DNA of 64,000 nucleotides, taken from Chrysomallon squamiferum. Taxonomy: Eukaryota; Animalia; Mollusca. Within the stretch, counting starts at the first letter, position 1. Each line of letters opens with the position of its first letter. Made by a program: the position numbers and the translations under genes. The stretch covers positions 23,064,001-23,128,000 of the forward strand of contig CM022679.1 of assembly GCA_012295275.1 (NCBI GenBank), in the 5' to 3' direction. The notes beneath the pieces are model-generated. The model made no database searches. It was given only the letters and a program-made list of their open reading frames with translations, and was not told where the DNA came from. Positions 63,756 through 64,000 of the stretch are shown here, piece by piece.

Positions 63756-64000
63756 TAGTGTATTATTATTATTATTGTTACTGTTACTGTTATTGCTATT
63801 ATTATTATTATTATTATTATTTTACATTTCTGTATAAGACGTAACTGCCTTCGAGTGAACTGGAGTTGTTTTTCTGTTATCATATTTTATTATTGACTCA
63901 GGACAATCATGTCTACGAATTTTTAATTACACATGTTCATGAGAAACAGAATATATTACAGCATTGTCTAGTAAGACAGTCTCTTGCAAATTTACGGGAA
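63419..64000 (+). repeat. Near-identical copy of 26271..~26840 (offset 37,148 bp)
   Basis: tgctgctattagaaaagtaagaacaaagg...ctcttgcaaatttacgggaa; only a few 1-nt and microsatellite-length differences. Confidence 0.95.

Overview
AT-rich, microsatellite-dense animal genomic DNA with spliceosomal introns. Gene content and repeat style suggest an invertebrate, plausibly a mollusc (inference). Four blocks: (1) 1.9-14.6 kb: a complete 10-coding-exon Na+/Ca2+ exchanger (SLC8/NCX) gene on +, about 803 aa, with one obligatory GC-AG intron and a candidate 18-nt microexon. (2) 18.6-26.1 kb: a small tandem tRNA-Gly(TCC) cluster on the minus strand. Two of its three tRNA copies are interrupted at the identical D-loop nucleotide by independent copies of a Tx1-clade non-LTR retrotransposon (one apparently full length, 5.3 kb; the second runs into the assembly gap). 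(3) 26.3-63.4 kb: a mosaic of segmental duplications with hAT MITEs, MULE transposase relics and two BIR-RING (IAP) paralogues that appear to have lost complementary BIR exons. The second paralogue carries an array of four 51-nt, frame-preserving microexons that are 53-69% identical in the pairs counted, embedded in intron repeats that are far more similar to each other. (4) 63.4-64 kb: near-identical restart of the sequence at 26271, implying a ~37 kb tandem unit. The top candidates for novelty are the hypervariable IAP microexon array and the tRNA-Gly-targeting retrotransposon. Most ORFs in the supplied track are microsatellite artefacts.
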